Part shown: positions 1 through 9,185 of the stretch, one piece after another
Layout: each line of letters begins with the position of its first letter
How positions within the stretch are numbered: the stretch's first letter is position 1
Source: Alkanindiges sp. WGS2144
GTDB taxonomy: Bacteria > Pseudomonadota > Gammaproteobacteria > Pseudomonadales > Moraxellaceae
Direction: 5' to 3' (one strand)
DNA length: 32,000 nt
NCBI RefSeq assembly: GCF_043950625.1
Contig: NZ_CP171007.1
The notes under the pieces: model-generated
What the model saw: the letters and a program-made list of their open reading frames with translations, nothing else
Databases searched by the model: none
What the model was told of the DNA's origin: nothing
Translations under genes and position numbers: made by a program

Positions 1-1
1 G

Positions 2-361
2 CCTGACCTGCAAAAAAATCTGTCCGATATGAGCAAACTACAAGATTTGCGTGAACTTACCCAGCAAATTAAGCAACATCATGGTAGCAAGGCAGAATTA
101 CGCCAGATGCGTGAACAGCTGGTCGGAGCAGCCGCCGCTGATCGCCTGGAACAACTGGATCAACGCCGCGAGAACTGGCAAACCCGCATCAATGACTACC
201 TCTCCCAGCGTGATGCCATACTTAACAGCACTCAAGCCGATCAGGATAAGAAGGCAGCGATTGATGCCCTAAGAAACCGGCAATTTGCCAGCGAAGCCGA
301 GCGCCAACGTGCCATCAGTTTTGAGCATTTTAAAGATCAGAACCTTCAGGCTCCCCAATAA
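2..361 (+). CDS. lifO: Lipase-specific foldase (Lif-type lipase chaperone), C-terminal part; 5' end lies outside the window
   Basis: The frame is open from nt 2 to TAA at 359-361. The tail 'RLEQLDQRRENWQTRINDYLSQRDAIL...IDALRNRQFASEAERQRAISFE' follows the C-terminal pattern I know from Lif chaperones (L..LD..R..W..R...Y...R..I ... LR...F..E..R). Lying next to rplS matches the Acinetobacter lipBA neighbourhood. Confidence 0.65.
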   Translation, partial: PDLQKNLSDMSKLQDLRELTQQIKQHHGSKAELRQMREQLVGAAAADRLEQLDQRRENWQTRINDYLSQRDAILNSTQADQDKKAAIDALRNRQFASEAERQRAISFEHFKDQNLQAPQ

Positions 362-407
362 ACTATCACTGCCTACCCTGATACTCTATGTCAACAACAT
401 CACTCAT

Positions 408-435
408 AAAAAAACGCACCAAAAGGTGCGTTTTT
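408..435. terminator. Bidirectional intrinsic terminator between lif (+) and rplS (-)
   Basis: Stem CGCACC (415-420) and GGTGCG (425-430) with loop AAAA. An A-run lies on the left and a T-run on the right, so either strand reads hairpin plus U-tract. Confidence 0.8.
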
Positions 436-451
436 CCAGTCAGCTGGCTGC

Positions 452-832
452 TTATTTAGCAGGCGCTGTCTTGCGTGCTGGCAGCTTCTCGCGGATACGT
501 GCAGCCTTACCTGAACGCTCACGCAGATAGTACAGCTTGGCACGACGCACCGCACCGCGACGCTTCACTTCAATACCGGCAACAATCGGTGAATGCGTCT
601 GGAATACACGCTCAACACCAACACCGCTAGAAATTTTACGTACAGTGAATGCAGAGTTCAAGCCGCGGTTTTTAATTGCAATGACCACGCCTTCAAATGC
701 CTGTAAACGCTCACGCTCACCCTCTTTTACCTTAACCTGAACAACAACCGTGTCACCAGGTGCAAAAGCTGGGATATCAGATTTTAACTGGGCATTTTCT
801 ACCGCTTGAACTAAAGGATGCTTGCCACTCAT
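452..832 (-). CDS. rplS: 50S ribosomal protein L19
   Basis: '[52 protein letters not shown]...' is canonical L19. I take the ATG at 832 (126 aa), which is preceded by AGGAG. The ORF-track start at 886 adds 18 non-L19 residues. Confidence 0.95.
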   Translation of the reverse strand: MSGKHPLVQAVENAQLKSDIPAFAPGDTVVVQVKVKEGERERLQAFEGVVIAIKNRGLNSAFTVRKISSGVGVERVFQTHSPIVAGIEVKRRGAVRRAKLYYLRERSGKAARIREKLPARKTAPAK

Positions 833-985
833 GGTGGATACTCCTGATGATGTGGTCAATCCTGATTGAAATACAGGCTGACACACTGGGGACAGAGGCT
901 AAGGCGCATATCTCCCGTTTCTATTTACTCTTTAAAGTTAAAGAGCGCTTCATACTGGCCAAATCACTCGCTCAGGAAAAATCCT

Positions 986-1720
986 TTAAGAATGCTTCAG
1001 CCATTTCTTCTGTAGAGGGGTTAATACCACCCCATCCAGCAATTCTGGCCGGCGCTTTGCTGTACGCTGGTAGCGCTGTACAAACCGCCATTTTTCAATA
1101 TTCAGGTGGTGCCCGCTTTTAAGCACCTCAGGCACCGCTAAACCTTCAAACACCTCAGGCCGGGTATAATGTGGACAATCCAGTAAGCCATCCACAAAAG
1201 AATCCTGCTCAGCGGATTGATCATCAGACATCACATCCGGCAAGCGACGAATCAAACTATCCAGCATCACCATAGCGGGCAATTCGCCGCCAGTGAGCAC
1301 ATAATCGCCTATAGACCACTCCTGATCCACATAGCGTTCGATAATGCGCTCATCAATGCCTTCATAGCGTCCACACAGCACAATCAGGCCATCATGCTGA
1401 ACCAGCTGCTTAACGCCGGACTCAGTTAAGGTTTTGCCCTGCGGCGACATATACACGACCGGAACCTGCTGGCAGCCTGCCTCCACAGCCAAGCGTTTTG
1501 CATGGCAAATGGCCTGCGCCAGTGGCTCTGCCAGCATCACCATGCCGGGGCCACCCCCGAAAGGACGGTCATCAATCCGGCGATACGGGTCACTGGTAAA
1601 ATCACGTGGATTAATGCAGTGCAGCTTCACCTGCCCGCGCCCAATGGCACGGCCAGTAATTCCAAACTGGTTTAAGGCAGCAAACATTTCAGGGAACAGC
1701 GTAATGACCGCAAACCACAT
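986..1720 (-). CDS. trmD: tRNA (guanine37-N1)-methyltransferase
   Basis: '[13 protein letters not shown]...[11 protein letters not shown]...[11 protein letters not shown]' are TrmD hallmark motifs. The gene sits in the conserved rpsP-rimM-trmD-rplS order. Confidence 0.95.
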   Translation of the reverse strand: MWFAVITLFPEMFAALNQFGITGRAIGRGQVKLHCINPRDFTSDPYRRIDDRPFGGGPGMVMLAEPLAQAICHAKRLAVEAGCQQVPVVYMSPQGKTLTESGVKQLVQHDGLIVLCGRYEGIDERIIERYVDQEWSIGDYVLTGGELPAMVMLDSLIRRLPDVMSDDQSAEQDSFVDGLLDCPHYTRPEVFEGLAVPEVLKSGHHLNIEKWRFVQRYQRTAKRRPELLDGVVLTPLQKKWLKHS

Positions 1721-1805
1721 TACTGTATTCCCTTAAGTACAAATACGTATTGTTTGAATAGCCGTTACCTGCAAGTCACATCCTGCTCGCCAAACAATAC
1801 CTACT

Positions 1806-2354
1806 TTAGTAATCAGCACCCCAATTCACAATGATTTGGCCTGCTTCCAGATTCACCTGCTGTACCACATCTGCATGCCAGGGAATCATACGTTCTTCAC
1901 CATCTATACTCTCTGGTGTAGCTCGCACCACCATCACATCATTGGCGCCGGTTTCAAACAACTCAGTAATTTTACCCAGATTAACCGGTTGACCTGCATC
2001 ATCTGTGCCTAACACCGTCAGTCCTACCAGATCAGACCAGTAAAACTCATCTAGTCCCGGCTTAGGTAGCTGCGCCCTGGATATCCAGATCGTGGCACCG
2101 ATCAGTTTTTCTGCCTCAGTACGATTAGCGATATCTTTTAGTAGTACAACCAGACCCTTGCCCTGAGTACGCCAGCGCTTGACATCAATCATTTGCCAGC
2201 CAGCAGGGGTTTCAATCCACCAGGGCAAATAATTAAACAGGTTGGTCATGGGGTCGGTGCTGGAATATACCCATAACCAACCCTGAATGCCATACGCCGC
2301 ACGTAGTTGACCAATCTGAATACGATCAGCTGGTGGTTGCAGCGCATGATTCAT
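1806..2354 (-). CDS. rimM: 16S rRNA processing protein RimM
   Basis: 182 aa between rpsP and trmD. It has 'IGQLRAAYGIQGWLWV' (the RimM N-terminal beta-barrel motif) and a PRC-barrel-like C-terminus. Confidence 0.9.
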   Translation of the reverse strand: MNHALQPPADRIQIGQLRAAYGIQGWLWVYSSTDPMTNLFNYLPWWIETPAGWQMIDVKRWRTQGKGLVVLLKDIANRTEAEKLIGATIWISRAQLPKPGLDEFYWSDLVGLTVLGTDDAGQPVNLGKITELFETGANDVMVVRATPESIDGEERMIPWHADVVQQVNLEAGQIIVNWGADY

Positions 2355-2371
2355 CGCAAAAACCTAAAGAA

Positions 2372-2629
2372 TTAGGCAGTTGCTTGTGCTTTGGCGTTTT
2401 GTGCAGCAATCGCAGCAACACGCTCGGAAGGCTGGGCACCAGTGCTTACCCAGTGGTTGTAGCGTTCAGCATTTAAGCGAACCTTTTCAGCATTGCCCTG
2501 CGCTGTTGGGTTATAAAAACCAATACGCTCAATGAAACGGCCGTCACGTGCATTACGGCTGTCAGTTACAACGATTTGATAAAACGGACGCTTTTTGGCG
2601 CCACCACGAGCTAAACGAATTACGACCAT
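2372..2629 (-). CDS. rpsP: 30S ribosomal protein S16
   Basis: '[41 protein letters not shown]' is canonical S16. Confidence 0.95.
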   Translation of the reverse strand: MVVIRLARGGAKKRPFYQIVVTDSRNARDGRFIERIGFYNPTAQGNAEKVRLNAERYNHWVSTGAQPSERVAAIAAQNAKAQATA

Positions 2630-2786
2630 GATAAAACCTTATGATTCTTACGGATCCACCGCCAGCCGACCATCGGACAAGAAACAGACCCCTTAAAGGG
2701 GCGTTATTTTACGCTAAATAAAACATAAAGCAAAGCAAAACTGTTTATACTGGACATGGATTAAATAAAAAATAGTGAGGTGGTAT

Positions 2787-3407
2787 ATGGATAATTATAC
2801 GCCGCATCTATACATTTCTGAGCAAGACTATCTGGACGGTGAGCTACACAGTAACATTAAGCATGAATATATCGATGGTGAAGTGTTTGCCATGTCAGGG
2901 GCTAGCGCCAACCATAATATATTAGCAGGCAACGTATTCCTTGCCTTAGGACTGCACCTACGGGGAAAACCCTGTCGCCCATTTACTTCCGATATGAAAG
3001 TCAAACTAGGCACCCGGTACTTTTAACCAGATGTTTTGGTGGATTGCCCGGACTTTTCCGGGCAGGATTATTTTACCCAAAGCCCAGTACTCATTGTTGA
3101 AGTACTATCTAAAACCACACAACAATATGACAAAACCCTGAAGCTCAAAAGCTACTTGCAGATAGCAAGCTTGCAAGAATATGTGCTGATTGAACAGGAT
3201 AAAGCCGAAGTTCAGGTATTGCGGCGTGCTCAGGGCTGGCAGCCTAGTTATTACTTTCTGGGCGATGAAGTCACTTTTGAGTCAGTTGGCCTGACAGTGA
3301 GTGTTGAAGATATTTATGACCGGGTACAAAACAGCGATGTGGCAGAGTGGTTGGAGAAAAGGACGCAGGCTGCTCAACAAGATAATGCCGATGAGCAGAT
3401 GGATTAG
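2787..3407 (+). pseudogene. Uma2-family (DUF820, restriction-endonuclease-fold) protein interrupted by one in-frame TAA
   Basis: ORFs 2775-3026 and 3036-3407 are in the same frame. The read-through gives '...KLGTRYF*PDVLVDCP...PVLIVEVLSKTTQQYDKTLKLKSY', which is the Uma2 PD...(D/E)xK core. The stop at 3024-3026 falls exactly where the family has 'F-Y-PD'. The likely start is ATG 2787, downstream of GAGGTGG. Confidence 0.7.
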
Positions 3408-3408
3408 C

Positions 3409-3846
3409 TTAGCGATCAGTCCAAGACTTACAATCAGCTGCAACATAAGAAGTATCTTTGCCTTTATACCAGCATTGAGCCCCTGTATCATTTAAAGTCA
3501 ATGCACCATTGCCTGCTTGACCATTTTTTGGTGTTGCTATTAAAGTCCAGCCGCTGGCTGTAGTAGTCGCTGGGCTAAAAGTAAGGTCGTATAGTGCAGT
3601 ACCTTGTTTGGGAATGACAGTGCCGCCATACACTGTATTGACTGTAGCACCAGCAAAATTACCATTAGCCGCTTTATACGTTTGCATACGCTGGGCAATT
3701 TGCAGCATTTCACTTTGGGCATCTACACGTTTAGTTCTTATAATGTATTGTGTATAAGATGGATATGCTATTGCCGCCAGAATACCAATAATTGCGACAA
3801 CAATCATAAGTTCTATTAGCGTGAAGCCTTTATTACCAGTTTTCAT
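3409..3846 (-). CDS. pilE: Type IV pilin-like minor pilin (PilE / Acinetobacter ComF-ComE type)
   Basis: It has a class III signal, 'MKTGNKG|[24 protein letters not shown]', with Glu at +5 and a C-terminal Cys pair (CWYKG...ADC). It is the last gene of the minor-pilin operon. Confidence 0.8.
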   Translation of the reverse strand: MKTGNKGFTLIELMIVVAIIGILAAIAYPSYTQYIIRTKRVDAQSEMLQIAQRMQTYKAANGNFAGATVNTVYGGTVIPKQGTALYDLTFSPATTTASGWTLIATPKNGQAGNGALTLNDTGAQCWYKGKDTSYVAADCKSWTDR

Positions 3847-4291
3847 AATCGCTCAGTCCACAGTCATCATATCCACTAATACTATTAGTTGTCATACAGC
3901 GCTTGCCAGAACTTGTCATTAAAAAATTATAGTTGCGAGCATCTGTAGTCACTGCTTTCATCACCCATTTTTGCCCGAGTCCTTGTGTCAACGTTTTAGC
4001 AGTATCCGTTCCATCTTTTAGCTCTAAAGTATAAGCATTAGGTAAATTAACAGTCCCCATACTAAAATTTTGATAGCTGAAATTTCTCGCTTTATGACGT
4101 TCTAACTGTTCAGCTTGATTAAGCATTTCCTGCTGCATTTGTGCTGCTGCTGTGCGTCTGGCATACATCTGATAGCTTGGCAGCGCAATGGCTGCCAAAA
4201 TTGAAATTATTACTACTACCAGCATAAGCTCTATCAGAGTATAGCCTTTCCATGATCTATACTTAACGGCTGGGTTATTAAAATTTTTCAT
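3833..4291 (-). CDS. Type IV pilin-like protein (second PilE/ComE-like paralogue) with an atypical prepilin leader
   Basis: '[16 protein letters not shown]|[25 protein letters not shown]'. I take the ATG at 4291, which lies 1 nt after the pilY1 stop (TAA-T-ATG). The 3' end overlaps pilE by 14 nt. It occupies the pilY2 slot of the Pseudomonas operon. Confidence 0.7.
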   Translation of the reverse strand: MKNFNNPAVKYRSWKGYTLIELMLVVVIISILAAIALPSYQMYARRTAAAQMQQEMLNQAEQLERHKARNFSYQNFSMGTVNLPNAYTLELKDGTDTAKTLTQGLGQKWVMKAVTTDARNYNFLMTSSGKRCMTTNSISGYDDCGLSDYENW

Positions 4292-4292
4292 A

Positions 4293-7200
4293 TTAGCTGG
4301 CCTTAGCATATTTTTCATACCAGCGTTGAGAAACAAACTTTAGTTTTCCAGAGTAATTTGGCAAGTTTTGTCCAGTTGGCTTTGGTACATTTAGTACTAG
4401 TGATCTGTCTTTTGAGCTTTCTCCAGTTGTGCCACCAAAGGCGATACCAATGTTGCCTTTGCCGAGGAAGATAGGGTCTGCATGATTTTTTGGCTTTATA
4501 ATTCCTGCCACGGTTTCAGTGCACTGCCCATAAGGCAAGCAGAATTGGTGAACATTACTGTCGCCCCTTACGCCGCCACTACAACTGACATTATCAAGAT
4601 CCTTTGAAGCGTCAAACACACTAACATACAAGTCGCTATCAATTGCAACATTGTCATTTAGCACACGGAATTTCTGAGTTAATGGGTAGTACCATCCTGC
4701 ACGAGTTAAATCAGTTTTGGTTTTTCCATCACCATTACTCGCTAACGTACTTCCAGTAGTTCCTTTAGTGACGTTATTAGTTTGCAATTTGTTATCTGCT
4801 AACTGGTACAAATTTGGCTTGGCTACATCTTTATCATAAACTACATATATTGCATCATTGCCATGATTAATAGCAGACATAGGAGAGCTTAAGTCTCCAG
4901 AACCGATTGTGATGACTCCAAATAAACCTGATGAGCCACCGTTATGGATGCTAAAAGTAGGCGTAGAGTAAAAACGTGGACTTTTGCCGTCATTTGTATT
5001 CATATTCAAAATTTTGACAGCCCTTTTAGCAAAAGCATCAGTTTTTGACTTACTTGTATTGTCCAAGTCTACACGCCAGACCTGCCCGCCTAAATCTCCA
5101 AAGTATAAATGATCAACTAAGCCGTCATTATTACGGTCAACCGTTTTAATCTGACCAACTACACTATATTTCATGTCACTTGCTTTTAAGGCATTTGTGG
5201 TATTTTCTGCATTTGAATTAGAGCTTACATTATTACTAGCCCACCATAGTAGCTCGCCGTTGTCAGCATCAAACATATAAACGCCTGCGCCAACACCATT
5301 ATTTTGATTAAACGTATCAGCTTCATAGCCCATGTCATAACCACCACCTACGAACATCACAAGCTTACGTGCACCTTTCCAATTTACCCAGGCTATCGTA
5401 GGTTTCGACCAGCTTTGTCCCATATGACTAAGAGCGCCTGAAGTAGCACTTGCAGGATCAATACGGAATTTTATCTTCGGCACTGAGCTATTATCGCTTG
5501 CAGAAACATCCGTTAAATCAAGAGCATAGTAGCTTTTTCCACCCATGCGCAAACCACCATATACCCACTGCTTACCACCTTTGACTGTGACTACTGGCTC
5601 AGTATTTGAACCAGTACCCTTTTTGGTAACATACTCGGTATAGGCTGTCCACTGGCCATCAACTCCATATTGCAAGATACCTGACTGGGACTCCTGATTT
5701 AAAAATGCATGTGACTGCCTTTCAATCATTTCATGTGGAACAAAGGCAAATAACTCTTTACCTGCATTAGTGTCTGTTGCACTCTTACCAGCTTTTACCA
5801 CATGTACTACACCTTGCGTTGTACCAAATAAAATTAAATCATCCCGGTTATCATAGGTTAGTACATCGTTTTCATATTTTGTTGTACCTTGCTGAGTCAG
5901 CAAAATAGGGCGTGAATGCATGACTGCACCCATCTGCCTCAAATTAGAATTACTCGAAAGTAACTGCTCTAATTGAGTTTGATTATTCGTATCTTTAGGT
6001 GAGATATTGATATTATCTGCCAAGGTTTTATTTACGTTATAGCCAAATAACGCTAAAATATAGCCCCGTTTAGGATCTTCTTTAAACTGATTGGCACTGC
6101 TTGAAATAAAGTCTGCCTTACCCAATTTATTCAGGCTTCCAGAGTCAATAGCACTGATCTGATTAGCCGTTGCATTATCAGGATCAACTACAATTTTTCG
6201 GTCTGTGAAAATGCGACGCTCAGTAGGCATGGCACTTGCATTGTACCCAAGGATAAGCTGGCTTAATGCTCCGCCCACTTTTACTGTTGCCTCTGTTTTG
6301 ACACCGTTTTCTTCCTTCTGAATCACTTTAGTAATATTCGGATCAGCCCAATAGTCATATGGGTTATCTTTCAGCAGCCCCTTGCTATCAGTGATAGATG
6401 CGTTATTTTTATCCACTAGGGAATTATTTAAAGTTTTATACTTTTTTACGTTACCTAGCCATGTAAGCACACCAGTATTTGTATTGGAAGGTTTTGGGTC
6501 AAACTGTGGAAAATAAGCCCAAGGCTGTACATTCTGCGTATCCAAAGCGTCAACAGGAATGGTGGCAGAGCCTACGGTTACGCTCGGTATGTACTTATCT
6601 AATTTGTTTATAAAATCATTAACGCTAGCAACTATTGCTTGCTCACTATTTGCCGAATACCAGCCCCCTTCTCCTAATGTACCCCAATCTTTCGCATCCA
6701 GAACATCACTTCCTGTACCTGAGCTAAAATCCGAACCAAAACCAACTACAGCAGTATTAATAATTACACCAGCAGGATTTAAAGTAGGATCTAACAGTGC
6801 TTTAGTATAAGCACCGATACAATCCCAGCCGTTTGGTTTTGTCATTGTGCCACTGTTATAATAACCACTGTTTCTCAAACCTAACGTACTAGCATTAGAG
6901 CAAGAAAAACTAGTCGCTTTAATTCCCAGGGATTTTTTCATAATATCTTCTAAGGTAGATTTACTTTTATTATAATAATATTGTGGCTGACCATCGGTTA
7001 GGAAATAAATACCTTGGCTGTTACATTGTTTAGTGCTATCTATTTGTACAGGTTTTTTATAAATATCTGCATCTCTTATTTCTCCTTGAACTGCTGAATT
7101 AAAACCACTGCCAGTTTGCCCTTTTGTGGTCTGTCCCATCAAATAAGCAGCAACTTCCGCATAAGCATAACCCGTAGGCGTACTATCAAAAGCCTCTAAG

Positions 7201-8381
7201 GCATCAATTGCTCTAATCATTTTTTGACGATGAGTTTCAGAAGCGGTACCACGATAAATGGTGGTACTTGTATAAGAAGCTGTAGCAGTTTGTGGAGTTA
7301 TTCGAGTATTAACTACAGTTACTCGATCTTTAGTTTGGGTTCTTTGTTGCTCAGTACAATTAAAAATTCCTCCTGTACAGGTTATATCTCCATTTTGAAT
7401 TGTATTATTTGTAGTACTTGTAGATGAGGTGGTAACTGTACCATTTTGAATATTAAGGTAACTAATATTACCTGTAGTGCTAGTCGGCGTGGTTCCGCTA
7501 AAATCGTTAACCTGTTTGGTAGTGCTTACCCAGGAATTACAGGTAATATTATTACTACTCCATTGCACACATTCTTGAGCAATTGTTGCAGAAGAATTGG
7601 CTGTGCCAGTTAAGCCCCATGGTGAAGTAGTTCCACTTATCCAACCTGTTGAAGAAGTTTGATTGGCCGATGATGGCCAACCTGAATTAGAGCTATCAGA
7701 AGGACTCCATGCACTCCAGCTGCCACATCCAATAAAACAGCTTCTAGTCTGGGTTTGGGTTCTTTGCTTCCAAGATGAATCAGTTTTGGTTTCTGTTTGT
7801 GTACGACTAGCTGGCTGAGAAATTGTTTGTACCGTTCTATATAGCTCTCTCACTCCTGGAAGAGCAGATGATTCACCCAGCGGCCTAGCTTCTAATTTAA
7901 TACGCCCTGTACTTTCACTGAACTCCGACAGACCTGTTACTAGTTTATCAGGTAATGGTGCTATCCCCTGTGCATCATCGCCTTGTAATAAAGTAACTAG
8001 TGCTTTTTTCAAGCGTGATAAGCGATCATAACATCTGCCATCAATACATTGATCTTTATTTTTAGTAGCTTGAGATACAGGACAATATTTAAGTGAGGTT
8101 GTGCTAATGCCATCACTTAAACTTTCTGTACTACAACCTTTAGAAGTTTTATAAGCAACACCAAAATCTGTGTAAATTGAATCCCCAGCACCACTATTAC
8201 CATCAGAACCCATACTGCCAGATACATCCAGCATAAACATCAATGTCATTTCTTTATCTTGCGGCGGTCTATACAGCTCAATATCACTCGCAAAACTTGG
8301 CGCAGGCTGTGCTAAACAGACCAGAGCAGTAATAGCACCTGACTTGCAGGCTACTTTTATATTTTCAATTATTTTATTCAT
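4293..8381 (-). CDS. pilY1: Type IV pilus tip adhesin / biogenesis factor PilY1 (Acinetobacter ComC-like), 1362 aa
   Basis: There is a signal peptide ending 'PSFA|SD'. N-terminal vWA MIDAS elements are 'MFMLDVSGSM' (D52-x-S-x-S) and 'IYFLTDGQP'. The C-terminal PilY1 propeller region carries an EF-hand-like Ca loop 'DRNNDGLVD' (residues 1082-1090, nt 5112-5138). Its position between pilX and the pilE-like genes also fits. Confidence 0.9.
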   Translation of the reverse strand: MNKIIENIKVACKSGAITALVCLAQPAPSFASDIELYRPPQDKEMTLMFMLDVSGSMGSDGNSGAGDSIYTDFGVAYKTSKGCSTESLSDGISTTSLKYCPVSQATKNKDQCIDGRCYDRLSRLKKALVTLLQGDDAQGIAPLPDKLVTGLSEFSESTGRIKLEARPLGESSALPGVRELYRTVQTISQPASRTQTETKTDSSWKQRTQTQTRSCFIGCGSWSAWSPSDSSNSGWPSSANQTSSTGWISGTTSPWGLTGTANSSATIAQECVQWSSNNITCNSWVSTTKQVNDFSGTTPTSTTGNISYLNIQNGTVTTSSTSTTNNTIQNGDITCTGGIFNCTEQQRTQTKDRVTVVNTRITPQTATASYTSTTIYRGTASETHRQKMIRAIDALEAFDSTPTGYAYAEVAAYLMGQTTKGQTGSGFNSAVQGEIRDADIYKKPVQIDSTKQCNSQGIYFLTDGQPQYYYNKSKSTLEDIMKKSLGIKATSFSCSNASTLGLRNSGYYNSGTMTKPNGWDCIGAYTKALLDPTLNPAGVIINTAVVGFGSDFSSGTGSDVLDAKDWGTLGEGGWYSANSEQAIVASVNDFINKLDKYIPSVTVGSATIPVDALDTQNVQPWAYFPQFDPKPSNTNTGVLTWLGNVKKYKTLNNSLVDKNNASITDSKGLLKDNPYDYWADPNITKVIQKEENGVKTEATVKVGGALSQLILGYNASAMPTERRIFTDRKIVVDPDNATANQISAIDSGSLNKLGKADFISSSANQFKEDPKRGYILALFGYNVNKTLADNINISPKDTNNQTQLEQLLSSNSNLRQMGAVMHSRPILLTQQGTTKYENDVLTYDNRDDLILFGTTQGVVHVVKAGKSATDTNAGKELFAFVPHEMIERQSHAFLNQESQSGILQYGVDGQWTAYTEYVTKKGTGSNTEPVVTVKGGKQWVYGGLRMGGKSYYALDLTDVSASDNSSVPKIKFRIDPASATSGALSHMGQSWSKPTIAWVNWKGARKLVMFVGGGYDMGYEADTFNQNNGVGAGVYMFDADNGELLWWASNNVSSNSNAENTTNALKASDMKYSVVGQIKTVDRNNDGLVDHLYFGDLGGQVWRVDLDNTSKSKTDAFAKRAVKILNMNTNDGKSPRFYSTPTFSIHNGGSSGLFGVITIGSGDLSSPMSAINHGNDAIYVVYDKDVAKPNLYQLADNKLQTNNVTKGTTGSTLASNGDGKTKTDLTRAGWYYPLTQKFRVLNDNVAIDSDLYVSVFDASKDLDNVSCSGGVRGDSNVHQFCLPYGQCTETVAGIIKPKNHADPIFLGKGNIGIAFGGTTGESSKDRSLVLNVPKPTGQNLPNYSGKLKFVSQRWYEKYAKAS

Positions 8382-8405
8382 TTCATTTGCTCCAATTCTG
8401 TCTTA

Positions 8406-9185
8406 TCAACTTTTGGTTGCATAGTTGATAATCGCATAATCCATTACCTGCCGATTATAAGGTACACCTAAATTTGAAAAACAGTCTGCTACCGTGTCAT
8501 TTGAAGGATAAGCCTCAACAGTGTCATTGGTGTAATTTTTAAAACAGTTCCCTACAGCTTGCTCAAAGCTACTTACGCCTGTGGGTAATGTGGTAGAAGC
8601 TGCTGCCCCTGGTATAACCGAAGTCACCACAATCCTGACAGGTTGTACTTCCTGCAATTGTACAGTGGCCAGGTCAGTACCTAATGGAAAAAATTTAAAT
8701 GGTGTATCTGCATTTAAGCTACCCTTTTTAACGGCAACCTGCGTAATGACTGCCGCTCTGCCGCTACTATAATCATTTGATTGCATTTGGCAAAAACCTG
8801 TTATCCCTAATTCATTATTTGTTATGCTTGTGCTGCTTGACCAGTACACAGTGCTTGCATCCCGTATATCGAACATATTGCTTCTATCTTTAGGCCGATA
8901 GCAAAAGACCAACTCTTTATTAATATAAGAATTTGGCTTAACAATGCCAAACATACCTAAAGCACTAATACTCTGTTGTAAGTTGCTATTAACCGAATTA
9001 TCACTTTCTATAGAAAAAAATACACTATCAGCAGTTTGCATTAATAGAGATTGCGCCTGACTGTTAGTTGCAATCGCCAGACTTGTTACACTTTGACGGA
9101 TCGCAAGCGTCCCTACTATGGTTACTATTACCAATAGGATAAGTACCACAATTAGCGTAGCACCTGACTGGCTTCGTATCTTCAT
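8406..9185 (-). CDS. pilX: Type IV pilus minor pilin PilX
   Basis: The N-terminus 'MKIRSQSG|ATLIVVLILLVIVTIVGTLAIRQS' is PilX_N-type, with no Glu5, as in P. aeruginosa PilX. The start overlaps the pilW stop (TAATG). Confidence 0.75.
   Translation of the reverse strand: MKIRSQSGATLIVVLILLVIVTIVGTLAIRQSVTSLAIATNSQAQSLLMQTADSVFFSIESDNSVNSNLQQSISALGMFGIVKPNSYINKELVFCYRPKDRSNMFDIRDASTVYWSSSTSITNNELGITGFCQMQSNDYSSGRAAVITQVAVKKGSLNADTPFKFFPLGTDLATVQLQEVQPVRIVVTSVIPGAAASTTLPTGVSSFEQAVGNCFKNYTNDTVEAYPSNDTVADCFSNLGVPYNRQVMDYAIINYATKS

Noticed and set aside
833-886. The N-terminal extension of rplS in the ORF track ('[18 protein letters not shown]'). Similar upstream extensions occur for pilW (to 10258), pilV (to 10806), fimU (to 11249), the pilE-like gene (to 4336), DJ-1 (to 28205) and the lipoprotein (to 21882).
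   Set aside because: In each case an internal ATG has a proper RBS and gives the canonical family N-terminus. The longer versions overlap the RBS or the upstream gene, or use GTG or TTG.
6559-7427. Plus-strand ORFs of 83 and 67 aa inside pilY1. Similar antisense ORFs occur inside ispH, pnp, prlC, aroE and the permease.
   Set aside because: They are nested antisense to long, well-supported genes. They have no RBS and no recognisable domains.
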